From positions 1 through 58,033 of the forward strand of contig NW_021835316.1 of NCBI RefSeq assembly GCF_006345805.1: a stretch of 58,033 bases of DNA, written 5' to 3'. This stretch comes from Octopus sinensis (Eukaryota). The notes below the pieces were generated by a model, which worked only from the letters and a program-made list of their open reading frames with translations, was not told where the DNA came from and searched no databases. The stretch's first letter is position 1. The number at the start of each line of letters is the position of its first letter. The position numbers and the translations under genes are program-made. Positions 53,234 to 58,033 of this stretch are shown piece after piece.

Positions 53234-54800
53234 CACACACATTTATATATATATATAGAGTGGGGATTAGGTCAAAGATTTTCACAAAAATATTTTATTT
53301 TTGGAAAGGTCTGGAATTTGTCAGTTTGTGAAGCAGTGCTCAGAAACACCAAATAAATATTGCCAAGTTTCACAGATTTACTACAGTGACAAATCATACA
53401 AGAATGTTATATCATTCGCACATGTTCAGAAGAGACAGAATTTTATAAAGAAAAAAAAGAAAGAAAAATTCCTCACTATATTTTTTGTTGATTCTTTTTC
53501 TTTGCCTTTTGTCCTTTGACGTTTTTATGTGTGTTGTTTGTATTGGCTTGCTTTACCATATATAGTAATAACAACTATATATGGTCTTTTTTTTATATGT
53601 TGTTTTACTTGTTTGCTTTATCATGTGCATATATAGTAATAACGCCTTCAGTTTAAAGGATACAATGGCATGACCTCTGAATCTGCTAGGAATAACAAGC
53701 AAATCTACCTCATATCTAACCCGCCCTCTTAAAAGTGTGTCACAAATTTACCCACATTGGATAATGTGGCTCGGATTATGCAATACAATGTAAGTTAAAA
53801 TGAAGTAAATTACCAATGACAAAGTGTAGCAGTTTGGTAAGCAGTTTGTTTTCCAATCATATGGTTCTGGGTTCAGGCCTTTGCCTGGCACTTTGGTCAG
53901 GTTCTTTTTGCTGTAGCCTCGGGCCGACCAAAAACTTATGAATGGCTATGGTAGACAAAAACTGAAAGAAGTTCCTCGTATGTATATGTATATGTATGTA
54001 TGATGTATGTATGTATGTATGTATGTATGTATGTATGTAGTATGTATGTATGTATGTGTGTATGTATGTATGTAGTATGTATGTATGTATGTAGTGTGTA
54101 GTGATGTATGTATGTATGTATGTATGTATGTATGTATGTATGTATGTCTGCATGTGTGTATGTATGTATGTATGTATGTATGTATGTATGTATGTATGTA
54201 GGTATGTAGTATGTATGCATGGTGTGATGTATGTATGTATTGATGTGTGTGTGTATGTATGTATGTATGTATGTATATGTATGTATGTAGTATGTATGTA
54301 TGTGTGTGTGTGTGTGTGGTGTGTGTGTGTCTTTGTGTTTGTCTCACACCGTCGCTTGACTACTGGTGTTGGCGTGTTTAAAATTATGTACTGGGGGGAA
54401 GATGCGTTCGACTAAAATTCTTGAAGGTCATGTCTCATCATGGCTGCTGTCCAATGAGTGAAAGAAGTAAAAGATAAAAGGCAAAAAAGAAATAGGGTCT
54501 GTTTAATAAGACTTTACATGGGTTGAAACAACAAAAATAGCAAGAACAGCAACAACAACAACAACTGCAAGAATGAAATCAATAGCTAAAAGAGTAACAA
54601 CAGTGGCAACAATAACTACGGTAAGGACAATAACAACAACAATAATAATAACAATAAGAGCGAAAAAGAACATCAATAACAATAGTAAGAACAGTAATAG
54701 CAGCAACAATAACAGAGACGGAAGCATCATCATCAAGAAGAAGAACTGTAATGAGATGCTCACGAATGACTCTCCAAAGAACATTTCCATCTGTTAGAAA

Positions 54801-55017
54801 GGCGGCGAGCTGGCAGAAACGTTAGCACGCCGGACTAAATGCTTAGCGGTATCTCGTCTGTCTTTACGTTCTGAGTTCAAATTCCGCCCAGGACAACTTT
54901 GGCTTTTATCCTTTTGGGGGGTCGATACATTAAGTACCAGTTGCGTACTGGGGTCGATCTAACCGACTGACCCCACCTCCCCCAAAATTTCGAGCCTTGT
55001 GCCTAGAGTAGAAAAGA
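54801..55017 (+). mobile_element. SINE family A, alternative tail, 18-bp TSD
   Basis: TSD ATTTCCATCTGTTAGAAA at 54783-54800 and 55018-55035. Confidence 0.92.
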
Positions 55018-55469
55018 ATTTCCATCTGTTAGAAACAGATGGAAAGATGACATAAATTATGGTTGATCTGTCTCTGTCTGCCCGTTTCTCTCTTCCCTCC
55101 CGCTCTCTCTCAATGTGTGTGTGTGTATAAATAAATACATATATATGTATGTCGGGATGACTAGATCGTCTTCTTAGAGCGCTCGAATCTGAGTTCTCAT
55201 TCCTAAGGTATTTTTCAATGTTATTATTATTATTATTATTATTATTGTTAAGGTCACTACTTGGAATCTTTGGGTTAGTAACCCGCGCTCTTAACCTTTA
55301 CGACATATGCCCGTGGGCAATTATGGAGTGAATTTTAGGGCTTATAAATCTAATATTTTTCTATCCTTCCTTAATACCGGTTCCCATATGCTGCTCATAT
55401 CTTCACTCGGTCTGCTTAGGAGGTTGTTGTGTCCTAGTATATGTGTTGCTTCTTTTAGTTTTCATATTT

Positions 55470-56090
55470 TCCAGTATGATTGGATCAGAGATCCTTTCAT
55501 AAATCATTCTTCTAACATTGAACTTGAGTTACAGAAAGAAGAAGAATTGGTCACGTTTTCTAGTGGCCGAGGGTTAAAATTAAAACATTCGACTCTGCCC
55601 ATTGATTCATTTTGGATTTCAATTCAAGAGGAGTATTCCATATTGTGTAAAAGAGCTGTAGCAATTTTATGACAATTTTCAACTTATATATGTCAATTAG
55701 GCTTCTCAACATTAAACAACATCAAAAACAAGAAGCATGAGAGATTACGTATCACAGAAGAAGAAATGAGGGTGGGTCTGTCTCATATTTCACCAAACAC
55801 TGAGGAAATTATGAATAAAAGCCAGAACAAATTTCTCACTAAAGAAGCCAGCTATTTGACTGATGAAATTCGAAACACTGCAGTAAAGTTCATAGTTTCT
55901 TTATTTAGTTTGAGTCATTCCATGTGTCTATGACTAGTCTGTGTCTACGGTTGTATGCCGTCTATGACTTACCATGTATTTATTTTGCAAAATTCAAATA
56001 TTTTTCATATATATATTTAGCCAGGGTGTGCCTCTATTTTTACATGTGTTCCAAGGTGTTCCGTTGGCAAAAAAAGGTTGAGAACCACTG
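55470..56090 (+). mobile_element. hAT (Buster/Charlie-type) 3' remnant
   Basis: YDWIRDPF...FWISIQEEYSILCKRAVAIL*QFSTY.CQLGFS.L..IKNK is the hAT dimerization domain. The right end is AAAAAGGTTGAGAACCACTG. Confidence 0.88.
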
Positions 56091-56193
56091 GTACCATAGC
56101 ATCGGGCCGATCAAAACCTTGTGAGTGGATTTGGTAGACGGAGACTGAAAAGAAGCCCGTTGTATTATATATATATATAATTATATATATATA

Positions 56194-56236
<43 letters not shown>

Positions 56237-56499
56237 TATATAGATATATACACACAACATATGTGTGTGTGTGTGCGTATGTGTGCGTGTGTCTGTGTCT
56301 TTGTATCTGTCATCCATTGCTGCCTGACAACAGGTGTTGCTGTATTTACGTCCCTGTAACTTAGTGATTCAACAAAAGAAACCGATAGAATGAGTACTTG
56401 GCTTTAAGGGAAAAAATAACTCGGGTCGATTTGTTCGACTAAAGCACTTTAAGTTGATGCCCCAGCATGGTCTAATGAGTTAAACAAGTAAAAGATGTG

Positions 56500-56530
<31 letters not shown>

Positions 56531-56954
56531 TGTTCAAATAGCTATCATTGACCATTTTGAGTTATCTTTCTTGGCTAATTCATTTAACCCAGCCCATAAT
56601 TATATTCTACACTTTTTTGTGTATGTCCAAGTCTATGGTAGGACTACTGCTGTGCCGATGGCGCCTCTCAGATTGTCTTTTCCTTAATGCCAAGTAAGGT
56701 TTGAAGAAATTTTGATTTTTGGAATTGTGTCCCTTTTTCATCGGGAGTTGGTCCTAACTGCCACATAGCGATTGTTCTACCATCCCTGTAAGCGGAGATA
56801 ATTTCAATAAATGAAGAATCTCTCTTGATATACTCTTATTTACCACTGGCAATTCTGAGTTATTTCTCTTTAGTAAAGTATGTATGTATATATATATATG
56901 TAAAACGACAAAGGCTTCTAGTCAAAGTATATATACATATATATGTATATATAA

Positions 56955-56998
<44 letters not shown>

Positions 56999-57045
56999 TG
57001 CATACATGTATTAGATATATGTAATATATATATGTATATTAAAGG

Positions 57046-57365
57046 AGCACTTCGTCGGTTACGACGACGTGGGTCCCAACTGATAAGATCAACCGAACAA
57101 CTTGCTCGTGAAATTAACATGCTAGTGAGTGAGCACTCCACAGACACGTATATCCTTAACGTAGTTCTCAGGGAGATTCAGCGTGACACAGAGCGTGACA
57201 AGGCTGGCCCTTTGAAATACAGGTACTACTCAGTTTTGCTAGCTGAGTGGACTAGAGCAACGTGAAATAAAGTGCCTTGCTGAAGGACACAACACGTCGC
57301 CGGGAATTGAACTCACGATCTTACAGTCGTGCGCCGAATGTCCTAACCACTAAGCCATGCGCCTT
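57046..57365 (-). mobile_element. SINE (head 1 plus tail c)
   Basis: Matches 24977-25303. Confidence 0.88.
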
Positions 57366-57372
57366 CACTACT

Positions 57373-57403
<31 letters not shown>

Positions 57404-57450
57404 TATATATAATATATATATGTGTGTATGTGTGTGTGTGTGTGTGTGTG

Positions 57451-57540
<90 letters not shown>

Positions 57541-57625
57541 CATATATGATATATATATTATTTTTTTTTCAGAATGAGATAAAAAACCAAGGTTGTGAAG
57601 ATTTTAGAACATTTATAAAGAGAAG

Positions 57626-57673
57626 GTCTTACAGCTGTTTCCAGGATATTTATTATATTCCTTCATCGGAGAC
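57626..57673 (-). ncRNA. Minimal hammerhead ribozyme, variant copy
   Basis: Minus strand GTCT-CCGATGA-AGGAATAT aataa ATATCCTG-GAAA-CAGCTG-TA-AGAC. Confidence 0.65.
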
Positions 57674-57886
57674 GGTGTGAGAAGATGGTTAAGCAATAGT
57701 TAATTTAGATAAGATACGAAATAGAGAGTGAAGTGGAGGAATGTGAGATATGCAGGGATATTGCATTTGTAGATCCATTATTTAGGCAATATCTCTGCAT
57801 ATCTCACATCTATTTTCATTCCTCCATTTCACTCTCTATTTCATATCTTATCTAAATTAACTATTGCTTAACCATTTTCTCACACC

Positions 57887-57934
57887 GTCTCTGATGAAGG
57901 GATATAATAAATGTCCTTGAAACAGCTGTAAGAC
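57887..57934 (+). ncRNA. Minimal type I hammerhead ribozyme
   Basis: Stem I is GTCT/AGAC, with CTGATGA at 57891-57897, stem II AGGGATAT/ATGTCCTT and GAAA at 57919-57922. Stem III is the palindrome ACAGCTGT. The GUA triplet predicts a cut after 57930. Confidence 0.85.
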
Positions 57935-58033
57935 CTTCTATTTATAAATGTGTTAAATGAATTAGCCAAGAAAGATAACTCAAACTTCTATTTATAAATG
58001 GGTTAAATGAATTAGCCAAGAAAGATAACTCAA

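Larger units (their letters stand above)
57609..57951. mobile_element. Fold-back of Penelope-like terminal repeats
   Basis: Arms 57609-57764 and 57786-57951 are reverse complements around a 21-nt spacer, and each carries a hammerhead. A 49-50-bp tandem duplication follows to the window end. Confidence 0.75.

Overview
This is AT-rich, microsatellite-saturated eukaryotic DNA, most likely intronic or intergenic sequence from an octopus or other coleoid cephalopod. That assignment is inferred from the SINE families and repeat load and was not verified. No intact host gene could be supported, and almost every ORF in the track is a translation of simple repeats or repeat consensus. The window holds many copies of several tRNA-derived SINE families, decayed LINEs (CR1/L2-like, RTE, R4/Dong-like, I-group-like), mariner and hAT remnants, non-autonomous Helitrons, and Penelope-like (PLE) terminal fragments. 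The most interesting signals are (1) minimal hammerhead ribozymes, including an inverted pair inside a 340-bp fold-back at 57.6-57.95 kb; (2) one SINE family that forms head-to-tail chimeras with the same nucleotide junction at three loci, once joining two different subfamilies; (3) a 530-nt hairpin-rich RTE-derived non-coding element; (4) a 150-nt hairpin in unique sequence; and (5) nested palindromes and a templated inverted insertion at 25.8-29.4 kb. Coordinates were read by eye and repeat boundaries are approximate.
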